DNA of 64,000 nt from Bacteroidales bacterium (GTDB lineage: Bacteria > Bacteroidota > Bacteroidia > Bacteroidales > UBA7960), in NCBI GenBank assembly GCA_007134525.1, contig SLKR01000045.1:7621-71620 (forward strand), given 5' to 3'. Both the position numbers and the translations under genes were made by a program. Shown here piece after piece: positions 18,628 through 28,369 of this stretch (position 1 is its first letter; every line of letters begins with the position of its first letter). The notes under the pieces were generated by a model. That model had not been told where the DNA came from and searched no databases. It saw only the letters and a list, made by a program, of their open reading frames with translations.

Positions 18628-19347
18628 CTAAAACATCCCCTCATCTGCAAAGCTGTAATACCTGTCGGAGCATACAATAAGGTGGTCGAGAACCGGCAGG
18701 TCCAGGAAGCTGCCTGCCTCTCTGCATTTCTTGGTTATTTTGTGGTCGTTGGGGCTGGGTGATATATTACCGCTCGGATGATTATGGCAAAGGATGATCG
18801 CAGATGCATTGTTTTCAAGTGCAAGCTTGAATATCTTCTTCGGATCAGCTACAGTTCCTGAAACGCTTCCCTCACTTACACATACCGATCTGTTGACTTT
18901 GTGACCCCTGTTAAGCAGTATTGACCAGAACTCCTCATAAGGAAGGTCACCAATTAAGGGTACAATTATTTCAAATGCATCACGGCTGCAGTTTATGGTT
19001 TTGCGCTTCAGACCCTCAGCAAGCCTTCTTCGTCTGCCAAGCTCCATAACTGCAGATATATTGCTTGCCTTTGCCTTTCCCACCCCCTTAAAACGCATCA
19101 GATCGTGGATGCTCATTTTTGCAAGTTCGCACAGATTGTTTGACACACTGGATAGTATTGTACGCGATAATTCCAGTGCAGTCTGATTGCGGGTACCGCT
19201 GCCTATTACTATGGCCAGCAGTTCAGCATCTGTAAGGGCCTTTCTGCTCCTGGAAAAAAGCTTTTCCCTTGGCCTGTCATCCTCGGCCCAGGACTTTATG
19301 CCCCCTGAATTTGAGGGAGGATAAACACAACTGCTGGTTTTGATCAT
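18628..19347 (-). CDS. radC: RadC-family JAB/MPN domain protein
   Basis: EDDRPREKL, ELLAIVIGSGT and the JAMM motif HNHPSGNISPSPND. Confidence 0.9.
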   Translation of the reverse strand: MIKTSSCVYPPSNSGGIKSWAEDDRPREKLFSRSRKALTDAELLAIVIGSGTRNQTALELSRTILSSVSNNLCELAKMSIHDLMRFKGVGKAKASNISAVMELGRRRRLAEGLKRKTINCSRDAFEIIVPLIGDLPYEEFWSILLNRGHKVNRSVCVSEGSVSGTVADPKKIFKLALENNASAIILCHNHPSGNISPSPNDHKITKKCREAGSFLDLPVLDHLIVCSDRYYSFADEGMF

Positions 19348-19408
19348 TAAACAAAGGCTTTGTCTGACAAATTATACTTTTAGGCTAAATTACAAAATTG
19401 CCAGACAT

Positions 19409-19435
19409 AAAAAAAGACCTTTCCGGCGAAAGGTC
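19409..19435 (-). terminator. Rho-independent terminator after the tRNA-Glu/rpsT cluster
   Basis: On the minus strand: GACCTTT-CGCCGG-AAAGGTC followed by TTTTTTT. Confidence 0.75.
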
Positions 19436-19440
19436 CTGTG

Positions 19441-19512
19441 TAGCCCGTAGGGGATTCGAACCCCTGTTACCAGGATGAAAACCTGGCGTCCTAACCCCTA
19501 GACGAACGGGCC
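19441..19512 (-). tRNA. tRNA-Glu (anticodon UUC), copy 1
   Basis: 72 nt cloverleaf. Acceptor GGCCCGT/ACGGGCT, anticodon arm CCAGG-TTTTCAT-CCTGG, T-arm GGGG-TTCGAAT-CCCC. No encoded CCA. Confidence 0.9.
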
Positions 19513-19554
19513 AGTTGACGGCTAAGCAAATAACATAAGCCGTACCAGTATGAA

Positions 19555-19809
19555 TTACTGTAGGCTGTTAACGTGCTTTGTAAGCTTTGATTTGAGGTTT
19601 GATGCCTTTTTTTTGTGTATTACTGATTTCTTTGCAAGGCGGTCAATAAGAGAGACAACTCTAGGGAGAGAGTTTGCTGCCTCCTCCTTTTTCTCGAGCA
19701 TCCTTAGTTTTTTGATCGCGGTCCGGGTACTTTTTGCGTAGTAGCGGTTCCTCAGCTTCTTTGCATTGTTGGACCTTATCCTTTTTTTTGCTGACTTATG
19801 ATTTGCCAT
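19555..19809 (-). CDS. rpsT: 30S ribosomal protein S20
   Basis: MANHKSAKKRIRSNNAKKLRNRYYAKSTRTAIKK is a classic S20 N-terminus. Length is 84 aa. Confidence 0.95.
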   Translation of the reverse strand: MANHKSAKKRIRSNNAKKLRNRYYAKSTRTAIKKLRMLEKKEEAANSLPRVVSLIDRLAKKSVIHKKKASNLKSKLTKHVNSLQ

Positions 19810-19848
19810 TTTTATACTGATTATCCCTGTAAAAATTTGTTTTTAATG

Positions 19849-19920
19849 TAGCCCGTAGGGGAATCGAACCCCTGTTACCAGGATGAAAACCTGGCGTCCT
19901 AACCCCTAGACGAACGGGCC
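19849..19920 (-). tRNA. tRNA-Glu (anticodon UUC), copy 2
   Basis: Identical to copy 1 except for one T-loop base (TTCGATT versus TTCGAAT). Confidence 0.9.
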
Positions 19921-20166
19921 TTTATATAAACATACTCTCCTTTAAAAGGAGTGCAAATGTAAAACATTTTATGAATATCACAAAAACAATGTCGATTTTT
20001 TGTACTGCCAGATCATTTTAAATCTGCCTGCTAAGCCTTACATCCAAAAATTATCAACAAATATTAAAGTCACAGATATTGTTTTATACTTTTTTATATA
20101 TTTGTAGAATCGAACAAACTTGAGCATTCATAACAATCAAGGATTAACCAATACAAAACTAACATT

Positions 20167-21888
20167 ATGAAAAACATTAACTTTAAACTTTTGGCCGTAA
20201 TTATTATTACGGCAGGACTGTTCGCCAGCTGTGGACTCAACAGGATGGTAAGAAACTATGATGAGGGTATCCGCTATACCCCCGAAACCAATCCCCTTGA
20301 AAACCATGGTGGTCAGGTTGCGGCCAATGTAGAAGGAGCTGTAAGTGAAGGCTATTTTCACCGCAGGGCTGTTGTCGAAATTACTCCGGTTCTCAAGCAT
20401 GCCGGAGGTGAAACTGAGCTTGAAACAGTTACCTTGCGCGGAAGCCGGACAACAACCACAGGCACAATGGTTAATCGTGATCGCCGCACAACTTTCAACC
20501 TCAACAATGTTGTAGCATATGAGCCTGACATGCTTGCTTCAGAACTCTATATGCGTGCCAGGATATACCGCGAGGGCAGGGCTGACAATGCAACCGAACT
20601 TCCGGAAAGGAAGGTTGCAGACGGTGTGATTATGACCTCGCAGAGGGTTAAGAAGGATCACCTGGTGTCCCTTGCCCCCCATGAGTATGAAGAAGAAGTA
20701 ATTATTTCGCAGCCGGCAAACATATACTTTGCATACATGCGCCACAACCTCAACTGGCGCCTGGCCCTGAATCAGAGGGATGAAGCTCAGCAGGCGATAG
20801 AAGACCTGACGGAATTCATCCAGAGAGGATGGGAGCTCAAGGCAGTTGATGTGAATGCATGGGCTTCGCCCGAAGGAGAGGTGGCATTCAACATGGAGCT
20901 TTCAGAGAACCGTGCAGAGACAGGTGAAACTTATATAACAAGGCTTTTCAGTGATAAGGAAGTTGAAATGCCGGAACTCCGTGTAACTGCGAAAGGCGAA
21001 GATTTCGACGGTTTCATGACCAAGCTTGATGCCTCTGACCTTCCGGACAAGCAGGCGATCGCCAACGTGGTAAATTCTCAGATCGCACCTGCAGAAAGGG
21101 AAAGAAGGATCAAGGATATGACCCTTATATATGAGGAAGTTGAAAAGATACTTGAACCCCTTCGCCGCGCAGAGATAATAGTTCATGCTTTTGAGCCCAA
21201 GCGTACTCGTGAGGAGATATCAAGGCTTGCAACATCGAACCCCCGCGAGCTTGACGAAAAAGAACTGCTTTTTGCCGCAACCCTTACTGACAACATGCAG
21301 ACCAAGCTCAGAATCTACCGTTCTGCACAGGAAGTATTTCCCAACAGTTACAAAGGGTATAATAATGCAGCGGCTATCCTTTTGGAAATGGGTGAAGCTG
21401 AGCAGGCAGCCCAGTATCTTGAAAGGGCAAACCAGCTCGCACCGGGCAACGGACATGTACAGAACAACCTTGGTGTTGTTGCTGCATGGGAATATGATGA
21501 TGAAAACGCTGTTTCACTATTCCAGGCAGCCGGCGCACAGGGTGTAGATATAAGTTACAACATGGGAGTAATTCAGATCAGAGACGGTGAGTACCAGCAG
21601 GCTCTTTCTTCATTTACCGGAGTAACCTGCAAGTTTAACCTGGCACTCGCACAGCTTATGGCAGGTAATGAAAGCCAGGCAGTAAACACACTTAACTGCG
21701 CTCCTGAATGTGCACAGGTTGCATACCTGAAAGCTGTAATAGCTGCAAGGAACAATGATGCAACAGCACTATACAGTAATCTTCGCCGCTCAATTGAGCT
21801 TAATTCAGCAATAAAGGAGATCGCCCGAGAAGACAGGGAGTTTATACAGTTTTTCGGACAGAGTGAGTTCCAGGACATTGTTTTGTAA
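20167..21888 (+). CDS. Lipoprotein with an OmpA-like N-x2-LS-x2-RA segment and C-terminal TPR repeats; function unknown
   Basis: Lipobox GLFASC. Contains WASPEGEVAFNMELSENRAETGETYI. The C-terminal ~200 aa has TPR-like helices (AAILLEMGEAEQAAQYLERANQLAPGN...). Confidence 0.6.
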   Translation: MKNINFKLLAVIIITAGLFASCGLNRMVRNYDEGIRYTPETNPLENHGGQVAANVEGAVSEGYFHRRAVVEITPVLKHAGGETELETVTLRGSRTTTTGTMVNRDRRTTFNLNNVVAYEPDMLASELYMRARIYREGRADNATELPERKVADGVIMTSQRVKKDHLVSLAPHEYEEEVIISQPANIYFAYMRHNLNWRLALNQRDEAQQAIEDLTEFIQRGWELKAVDVNAWASPEGEVAFNMELSENRAETGETYITRLFSDKEVEMPELRVTAKGEDFDGFMTKLDASDLPDKQAIANVVNSQIAPAERERRIKDMTLIYEEVEKILEPLRRAEIIVHAFEPKRTREEISRLATSNPRELDEKELLFAATLTDNMQTKLRIYRSAQEVFPNSYKGYNNAAAILLEMGEAEQAAQYLERANQLAPGNGHVQNNLGVVAAWEYDDENAVSLFQAAGAQGVDISYNMGVIQIRDGEYQQALSSFTGVTCKFNLALAQLMAGNESQAVNTLNCAPECAQVAYLKAVIAARNNDATALYSNLRRSIELNSAIKEIAREDREFIQFFGQSEFQDIVL

Positions 21889-21914
21889 TGCAACCTCGAT
21901 ATATAGGCAAAAAA

Positions 21915-21940
21915 GGGAGCTTTCGGGCTCCCTTTTTTTT
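21915..21940. terminator. Bidirectional rho-independent terminator between convergent genes
   Basis: AAAAA-GGGAGC-TTTCGG-GCTCCC-TTTTTTTT: a hairpin flanked by an A-run and a T-run. Confidence 0.75.
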
Positions 21941-21961
21941 ACTCAACAATTTACATGCTAT

Positions 21962-22600
21962 TTAGGGCTTTAAGCTAATATGCGTCATTCCCCTGGGGTA
22001 ATCTCCCTCTATGCACTCCATTATCATTTGCAGGTGAGACGGGTAGGCAACAAAGTCAATGGCATTAGTGTCTATAACCAATATACGCAGACCAGGCTGC
22101 TGCTTCAGGTAATTAAAGTAACTCTCCTGGATCTTATCAAGATATTCATCTGCAATCTGCTTTTCGTAATCCCTGCCCCTGTTCTTAATATTATACTGAA
22201 GGCGGCTGGTTCTCACGTAAAGGTGAACCAAAAGGTCAGGCCGGGGCAGATTGGCGTTCATAATATTGAACAGCGTCATGAAAAGCTGGTATTCGTCTTC
22301 ATGGAGGGTTTTCCTCGCAAATATCAAAGACTTATTAAGAAAATAGTCTGATATTGTAAAATCAGTAAAAAGGTCCTGCTGCGAGAGTTCGAGTTTGAGC
22401 TGCTGATACCTGTCGGCAAGGAAAGAGAGTTCAAGAGGGAATGCATATTTTTCCTGGTCCTGATAGAATTTGGCCAGAAAAGGATTTTCCTCAAACTGTT
22501 CAAGTATCAGTTTCCCATTATATTTTTCCGCAATACGTGTTGCCAGGGAAGTTTTCCCTGCACCTATATTACCCTCAACAGCAATATAATTATACTTCAT
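21962..22600 (-). CDS. Deoxynucleoside kinase
   Basis: P-loop EGNIGAGKTS, ENPFLxxFY, and ERS-like/LID regions typical of the dAK/dGK family. Confidence 0.85.
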   Translation of the reverse strand: MKYNYIAVEGNIGAGKTSLATRIAEKYNGKLILEQFEENPFLAKFYQDQEKYAFPLELSFLADRYQQLKLELSQQDLFTDFTISDYFLNKSLIFARKTLHEDEYQLFMTLFNIMNANLPRPDLLVHLYVRTSRLQYNIKNRGRDYEKQIADEYLDKIQESYFNYLKQQPGLRILVIDTNAIDFVAYPSHLQMIMECIEGDYPRGMTHISLKP

Positions 22601-22603
22601 TAT

Positions 22604-23107
22604 TTAAGTGTTTTGGCCTGAGCCTTTGGCTTTTCTTACCCAAAGCCTGTCGTCCGTTTCTCTGCAGAGCTGCCTTACTGTTTTTCCCAGCAAAGGATGT
22701 ACCTTTTCGGGTGCAATTTCAAGCATTGGGATCAGGGCGAAATTTCTAAGGTGCATCCTCGGATGCGGAATAATAAGGCCTGGAATATCAATTACCCTGT
22801 CATCATAGAATAAAATATCAATGTCAATACTCCTGTTGCCGGTAACACCCTTGATCCTCCTTCGGCCAAAAGACCGCTCTGTGTCAAGCAGGACCTTTAT
22901 CAGATCCCCGGGTGAAAGTGATGTCTTTACCAGTGCCGCCTGGTTGCAAAACAACTTATCTCCCTCCATACCCCAGGGCTCGCTTAAGTAAATTGAGCTG
23001 GTCAGCACCGGCACTATTCCCAGATCTTTAATTGCATTCAATACCTCCGAGAATGTGGCCGGAACATCGCCGGTATTGCCTCCCAGCAGGATATATACAT
23101 TGTACAT
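22604..23107 (-). CDS. folK: 2-amino-4-hydroxy-6-hydroxymethyldihydropteridine diphosphokinase
   Basis: SSIYLSEPWG, RSIDIDILFY and IPHPRMHLRNFALIPMLEIAP. Confidence 0.9.
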   Translation of the reverse strand: MYNVYILLGGNTGDVPATFSEVLNAIKDLGIVPVLTSSIYLSEPWGMEGDKLFCNQAALVKTSLSPGDLIKVLLDTERSFGRRRIKGVTGNRSIDIDILFYDDRVIDIPGLIIPHPRMHLRNFALIPMLEIAPEKVHPLLGKTVRQLCRETDDRLWVRKAKGSGQNT

Positions 23108-23229
23108 TGCATGTAACTGCTTTACAAAAACAAAAGTAAATTAATTTTTTTACTGCTCCTTAAATACAAAAAGCAATATTTTCTAACTTTAACGGAATTT
23201 TATAATTAATGAATTAAAAAAAAACAACT

Positions 23230-24993
23230 ATGAAGCAATTCTTTAAATTCATGTTCGCCTCGATGGTGGGCTTCCTTCTTACATTCCTGGTTCTGTTGTT
23301 TATTACATTCGGGATAATTGCGGGGCTTTCATCCAGAGACACAGTTGATATAAAGGAAAAATCAGTTCTGCACCTTACACTGAACACTGAAATTGTTGAC
23401 CGTGGCGGTGCAAACCCCTTTGAATCATTTGATTTTATGAGTATGTCACCCAGAAAGGCACTGGGGCTAAATGACCTTTTAAGGGGAATTGAAAAGGCAA
23501 GGGAAGATGAGAAAATCGAGGGTATATACCTTGATCTCAGCATAGTCCCGGCAGGCTGGAGCACTCTTGGAGAGATCCGCAGGGCACTGGAAGATTTCCG
23601 GTCATCAGGCAAATTTATCATCAGCTACGGAGAAACATACATGCAGAGAGCTTACTATCTGGGAAGTGTTGCTGATGAGGTTTACCTGCACCCTGAAGGT
23701 GTTATAGACTTCAGCGGCCTTAATTCAGAACTGGTGTTTCTGAAAAACATGCTTGACAAACTTGGCATTGATCCCCAGGTTATAAGGCAAGGTGAATACA
23801 AAAGCGCCGGAGAACCATTTTTCAGGGAAGATATGAGCGAGGAGAACCGTGAACAGGTACTCTCGTATATCAGTTCAATATGGAACAATATACTCGCAGA
23901 TATAGCAGGCAGCAGGGGAATGGGAATTGACCACCTAAACAATATAGCCGACAACTTATACACCAGAAACGCAGGGTTAGCCATCGAGTGGGACATGATT
24001 GACGGCATTGCCCACCGCGACGAAATATACTCTGTGCTACGACAGCGACTGGGTCTGGAGGATGACGAAGAACCCGAACTGGTCACCTTCAGCAAGTATG
24101 AAGACGCTCCCCTTCCGGAGAGCATGATAAAACCCAGGAGCCGTAACAAGGTGGCGGTTGTCTATGCAAGCGGTAATATCATTTCGGGTGAGGGTAGTGA
24201 GAGGATCATCGGAAGCGAAAGAATATCACTAGCCCTGCGTGAGGCAAGGAAGGATGAAAGCGTCAAGGCAATAGTCTTCAGGATAAACTCCCCCGGGGGG
24301 AGCGCACTGGCATCGGATGTGATCCTGAGGGAGGTAGTATTGGCTGCCCGGGAAAAGCCTGTTGTGGCATCAATGGGTGATGTAGCCGCTTCCGGCGGTT
24401 ATTATATTGCCTGCGGTGCCGACTGGATAGTGGCAAACCCGAGTACAATAACCGGCTCAATAGGAGTGTTTGGCATGATACCCAATATGCAGGAGTTTTT
24501 CAATGAAAAGCTGGGAATTACTTTCGACAATGTAAAGACCAATGAGCTTGCCGATATCGGATCAATTTCAAGGCCGCTGACTGCTGCTGAAAGAGGAATA
24601 ATCGAGGAGAGCATAGAACAGGTGTATGACACATTCATCCGGCATGTATCCGAAGGCCGGGATATTCCGGTAAATATAGTAGACGAGATCGGGCGTGGCC
24701 GTGTATGGAGCGGTTCAGAGGCAAGGCAAAACGGACTTATTGATGAGTTTGGCGGGCTGGAGCGGGCCATAGAAAAAGCTGTAGAGCTTGCTGAGCTTGA
24801 AGACTACAGGGTAGTTGATTATCCGGAAAGAAAGGATTTTCTCACTCAGCTGCTGGAAGATTTTGGCGGTGTACAGGAACGCATGGTTGAACGAAAACTG
24901 GGGCCGGCATACCGCTACTACAAACAGATGAACGATGTAAGAGACATGACAGGAATACTGACACGCCTTCCATATGACATATATCTGGATTAA
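23230..24993 (+). CDS. sppA: Signal peptide peptidase SppA, 67K type
   Basis: N-terminal TM and two ClpP/crotonase-like halves. Contains INSPGGSALASD and MGDVAASGGYYIA. Confidence 0.9.
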   Translation: MKQFFKFMFASMVGFLLTFLVLLFITFGIIAGLSSRDTVDIKEKSVLHLTLNTEIVDRGGANPFESFDFMSMSPRKALGLNDLLRGIEKAREDEKIEGIYLDLSIVPAGWSTLGEIRRALEDFRSSGKFIISYGETYMQRAYYLGSVADEVYLHPEGVIDFSGLNSELVFLKNMLDKLGIDPQVIRQGEYKSAGEPFFREDMSEENREQVLSYISSIWNNILADIAGSRGMGIDHLNNIADNLYTRNAGLAIEWDMIDGIAHRDEIYSVLRQRLGLEDDEEPELVTFSKYEDAPLPESMIKPRSRNKVAVVYASGNIISGEGSERIIGSERISLALREARKDESVKAIVFRINSPGGSALASDVILREVVLAAREKPVVASMGDVAASGGYYIACGADWIVANPSTITGSIGVFGMIPNMQEFFNEKLGITFDNVKTNELADIGSISRPLTAAERGIIEESIEQVYDTFIRHVSEGRDIPVNIVDEIGRGRVWSGSEARQNGLIDEFGGLERAIEKAVELAELEDYRVVDYPERKDFLTQLLEDFGGVQERMVERKLGPAYRYYKQMNDVRDMTGILTRLPYDIYLD

Positions 24994-25002
24994 CCAGTGA
25001 GT

Positions 25003-26460
25003 TTAGTTAAGCCTGTGCACCATGACATCAGGCTTACCCCACATAAGGAAAATGGCATTGGCCACATCTGTATTCTGGAGGAAAGGGCCGCGTACAGGGT
25101 CCAGGCCTTCAGTAAACAGCTCAAATAATTCAGTGCCGGGACCCTTTGCATAGAACGGAACCAGCATATTGGTGTGGCCTCCTGAGTTCCATTGAACTTC
25201 GGGAAGCTCTCCAGTGCCCCTGCTTGCCACATCATCGTTAACTACTTCGGGGTGCATAGGTCCTGTAAGGTAGCCGCACTCATGGTCGCTAGTTACTATG
25301 ATCAGAGTCTCTTCCCAGCTGCTGTTTTCCTCTACCCAGCTGACAGCTGCCATAATTGCATTGTTAAAATCGATATGCTCCTCTATCATACGGCCAGTGT
25401 GTCCGCCGTGGCTTGCCCAGTCAATGGCTCCACCCTCAATCATAATAAAAAAGCCCTGTTCATTCTGCGACAATACATTCAGGGATGCCATTGTCAGTTC
25501 CTTCAAATCCGGCACATTTTCGTTAAGCGGCTTCTCAAAAGGCATCAGGAACTCACCAGCCCCGCTCCTGCCCTGGTTCAGTGTAGAGTAGGCCTTTGGG
25601 ATACCCAATACGCGCCTGGGGGTGGGCCCTGTTGCAAGAGAAATAAAGTCTTCACGGTCTTCAACAAATGTCCATGCATCACGCTGCCCGTCGCCGTTCA
25701 CATCCTGAACCCTCAAGATCTGCTGATCCATGGTAAATTCTGTCTGGCCGTCATTGGCTGCAAGCTGGTCCCATATTTCCCGGCCGCCGACATAGCGTGC
25801 TGACATTTCAGCGGGTTCACCGTCATTATTGTACATGGGATGACCAGGTGCCATAATGACGTCGGCCTGTGTATGAAACAGCATATACCTGCCAATCTCC
25901 TCATAATTGTTCCTGCTGTGGTTGTGGGCTATAAACCCTGCGGGGGTAGCATGGCTTATGGGAACACTAGTGACAATACCAACAGATTTTCCGATAGCCT
26001 TTGCAGCCTGGCTTATATGGGTTAGCGTGTCGCCGTAAAGACCAATACCTATTGACCCGTCAAAAACCTTTCTGCCTGTTGACAATGCCGTTGCAGCAGC
26101 ACCGCTGTCGGTATAATCCCTGTTAAGATATGCAGGATCTTCCCAGGCAGTACGAGGTGCGTAACCGTTCTTGAATATTGTGTCGCCACGCGAGAACCTT
26201 GCCGCACTGTAAGTTGCCATAGCGGCACTATACCAGTCGTCCTGCTCATAAACCTGCATCCCGGCCTCCCCGTGCTCATAATAGTTTACAGCAAGAACAT
26301 GGTTGTAACCCATACCGTCACCCACAAAGTAGATTATATTCCGGGGTTCAGGCAGGCTTACGGCACTGTCATCGCCATCTGTGGCACTGCAGGATGCAAG
26401 TACAGATATTAATATGGTTGTAATTATAAACAAGCTGAATGATCTTTTTACTTTTTTCAT
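25003..26460 (-). CDS. Alkaline phosphatase (PhoA family), lipoprotein
   Basis: Lipobox LASC. Contains VGDGMG, DSGAAATALSTG, ATPAGF, DWASHG and SDHECG. Confidence 0.9.
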   Translation of the reverse strand: MKKVKRSFSLFIITTILISVLASCSATDGDDSAVSLPEPRNIIYFVGDGMGYNHVLAVNYYEHGEAGMQVYEQDDWYSAAMATYSAARFSRGDTIFKNGYAPRTAWEDPAYLNRDYTDSGAAATALSTGRKVFDGSIGIGLYGDTLTHISQAAKAIGKSVGIVTSVPISHATPAGFIAHNHSRNNYEEIGRYMLFHTQADVIMAPGHPMYNNDGEPAEMSARYVGGREIWDQLAANDGQTEFTMDQQILRVQDVNGDGQRDAWTFVEDREDFISLATGPTPRRVLGIPKAYSTLNQGRSGAGEFLMPFEKPLNENVPDLKELTMASLNVLSQNEQGFFIMIEGGAIDWASHGGHTGRMIEEHIDFNNAIMAAVSWVEENSSWEETLIIVTSDHECGYLTGPMHPEVVNDDVASRGTGELPEVQWNSGGHTNMLVPFYAKGPGTELFELFTEGLDPVRGPFLQNTDVANAIFLMWGKPDVMVHRLN

Positions 26461-26507
26461 TATTACTGTTTTATAAACCTAATTTATACAAAGATATACC
26501 TTCCTGC

Positions 26508-27578
26508 TTAATTATCGATAAACCTTACTGCCGATGCCTTAAAACCAAGCCACACCTTTTTGCCCGGCTCCAGCCGGAGTTTTTCACGGGAGCTTTTACT
26601 TACCGATACAACGAACTCAACCCCGGCATCCACAACTATCTCCATACCATAGCCCGACAGGTATGCCTCCTTTATAACCCCATTTAGCCTGTTCACTGCC
26701 GAAGTTTCAACAGAGTGCTCAGAAACAATTATATCTTCCTGCGGCACCATTACATATCCTTTAAGATTTTCCCGTTCGCCAAGAAAAAAGATAGAAGGGC
26801 CTTCGCTTACCTTTGCTATACAAAGACCTGGATCATCAGCCGACCGGGAAACACTGCACGGAAATATGTTCTTTATGCCACTGAAGCGTGCTACAAACTC
26901 ATTCTGCGGATGCCGTAGTACCTCATCAGGGGTTCCGTGCTGAACAAGCCTGCCGTTTTCGATAACAGCAACTCTGTTTGCAAGTGTTGCAGCCTCCATA
27001 AAATCATGTGTAACATGAATTATCGTCTTGCCACTTTTGTGTATCTGAGCCAGAAGAGCCCTGAGCTCGCTTTTTAGTTTAACATCAAGTTTTGACAACG
27101 GTTCATCAAGCAGAAGAATTTCAGGTTCTGATGCAAGTGTGCGGGCCAGGGCGACCCTTTGTGCTTCTCCCCCTGACAGCGTTTCCGGAAAGCGGGTAAG
27201 CAGATGTCCGACACCCATCCTGGATGCCAGACCTGAAGCAGTTTCCCTGATCTCCCTTATGTGAATCCCTTTGCGCCTTAAAGGGTAGGCAATGTTGTCA
27301 ATAACCCTTAGGTGGGGAAAGAGCGAAAGATCCTGATAAACCAGCCCTATTCCTCTTTTCTGTATCTTTTCATTGGTTATATCCCGTCCTTCAAGCAGTA
27401 TCCTGCCCGAGTCAGGTTTCTGCAGACCAGCCAGTATCTCCAGCAGAATAGTTTTGCCTGCACCGGAAACCCCCAGCAAAGCAAGATAGTCTCCCTGCTG
27501 TATTTCCAGGCTTATCCCTTCCAGCGCAAAAGATTGAAATCTGACGCTTATATTATCTATATACAGCATATACTGCAA
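26508..27578 (-). CDS. Molybdate/tungstate-type ABC transporter ATP-binding protein with C-terminal TOBE/Mop domain
   Basis: GVSGAGKT, LSGGEAQRV and LLLDEP. The C-terminal SAVNRLNGVIKE...VWLGFKASAV resembles the ModC/WtpC TOBE domain. Confidence 0.75.
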   Translation of the reverse strand: MQYMLYIDNISVRFQSFALEGISLEIQQGDYLALLGVSGAGKTILLEILAGLQKPDSGRILLEGRDITNEKIQKRGIGLVYQDLSLFPHLRVIDNIAYPLRRKGIHIREIRETASGLASRMGVGHLLTRFPETLSGGEAQRVALARTLASEPEILLLDEPLSKLDVKLKSELRALLAQIHKSGKTIIHVTHDFMEAATLANRVAVIENGRLVQHGTPDEVLRHPQNEFVARFSGIKNIFPCSVSRSADDPGLCIAKVSEGPSIFFLGERENLKGYVMVPQEDIIVSEHSVETSAVNRLNGVIKEAYLSGYGMEIVVDAGVEFVVSVSKSSREKLRLEPGKKVWLGFKASAVRFIDN

Positions 27579-27583
27579 TTATT

Positions 27584-28369
27584 CTAGTTACTGCGTGACG
27601 GCCTGCCCGCAAGCAGCCTCATAGTGATAAATATCAGAAGGCAGACTGCTACAAAAACAGCTGCAGCAGGCCTTGCATAGGAAAGCCCGAAAGAGGCAAA
27701 CCTTTCCCAGATCAGAACGGGGGTTACCATCGGATGATAAGCAATTATCACAACTGCACCAAACTCGCTCAGCCCCCTGGCCCACATCATTGTCAGTCCT
27801 GTAAGTATCTGCCTTCTAGCCAGGGGCAGGCTTATTGTAAAGAAAACCATCCATGGGCTTGCTCCCAGGTTAAGGGCAGCCTTTTCAAGCTTCTCCGGCA
27901 CCGAAGCAAATCCATCCCTGGCTGCATTTACCAGGAATGGTATACTAACAAACGCCATGGCAACAACAATACCAGCAACACCTCCTACAAAGCTTATGCC
28001 TGCAGCCTCCCCGGCCCTGCCTATAATTGTGCCCCGGCTCACTATACCCAGAATTGCAATACCTGCAGCCGAATGTGGTATTACAACAGGGAGATCAACA
28101 ATGCCATTTATTATTCCCTTGCCGGGAAATTCCTTCCTGGCGAGCACATATGAAAGCGGAATTGCCGCAATGCCGAAGGTAAGAACTCCTGCCAGTGAGC
28201 ACAATAGGGTCAAACGGATGCTCCGCATCAGCTCCTGATCTGATACCGTTTCAGAATATTGCGCCAGCGGGGTCTGCAAAAACATGCCTGCAAGAGGGGC
28301 AATAACAAACAGTAATATCAGCCCGCTTAGGAACATGAATACGAGTCCTGTCTTCCAGTTGCGAAGCAT
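27584..28369 (-). CDS. Molybdate/tungstate-type ABC transporter permease (WtpB/ModB-like)
   Basis: DLPVVIPHSAAGIAILG, the EAA loop KLEKAALNLGASP and AYHPMVTPVLIWERF resemble WtpB-type permeases as I remember them. Confidence 0.7.
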   Translation of the reverse strand: MLRNWKTGLVFMFLSGLILLFVIAPLAGMFLQTPLAQYSETVSDQELMRSIRLTLLCSLAGVLTFGIAAIPLSYVLARKEFPGKGIINGIVDLPVVIPHSAAGIAILGIVSRGTIIGRAGEAAGISFVGGVAGIVVAMAFVSIPFLVNAARDGFASVPEKLEKAALNLGASPWMVFFTISLPLARRQILTGLTMMWARGLSEFGAVVIIAYHPMVTPVLIWERFASFGLSYARPAAAVFVAVCLLIFITMRLLAGRPSRSN

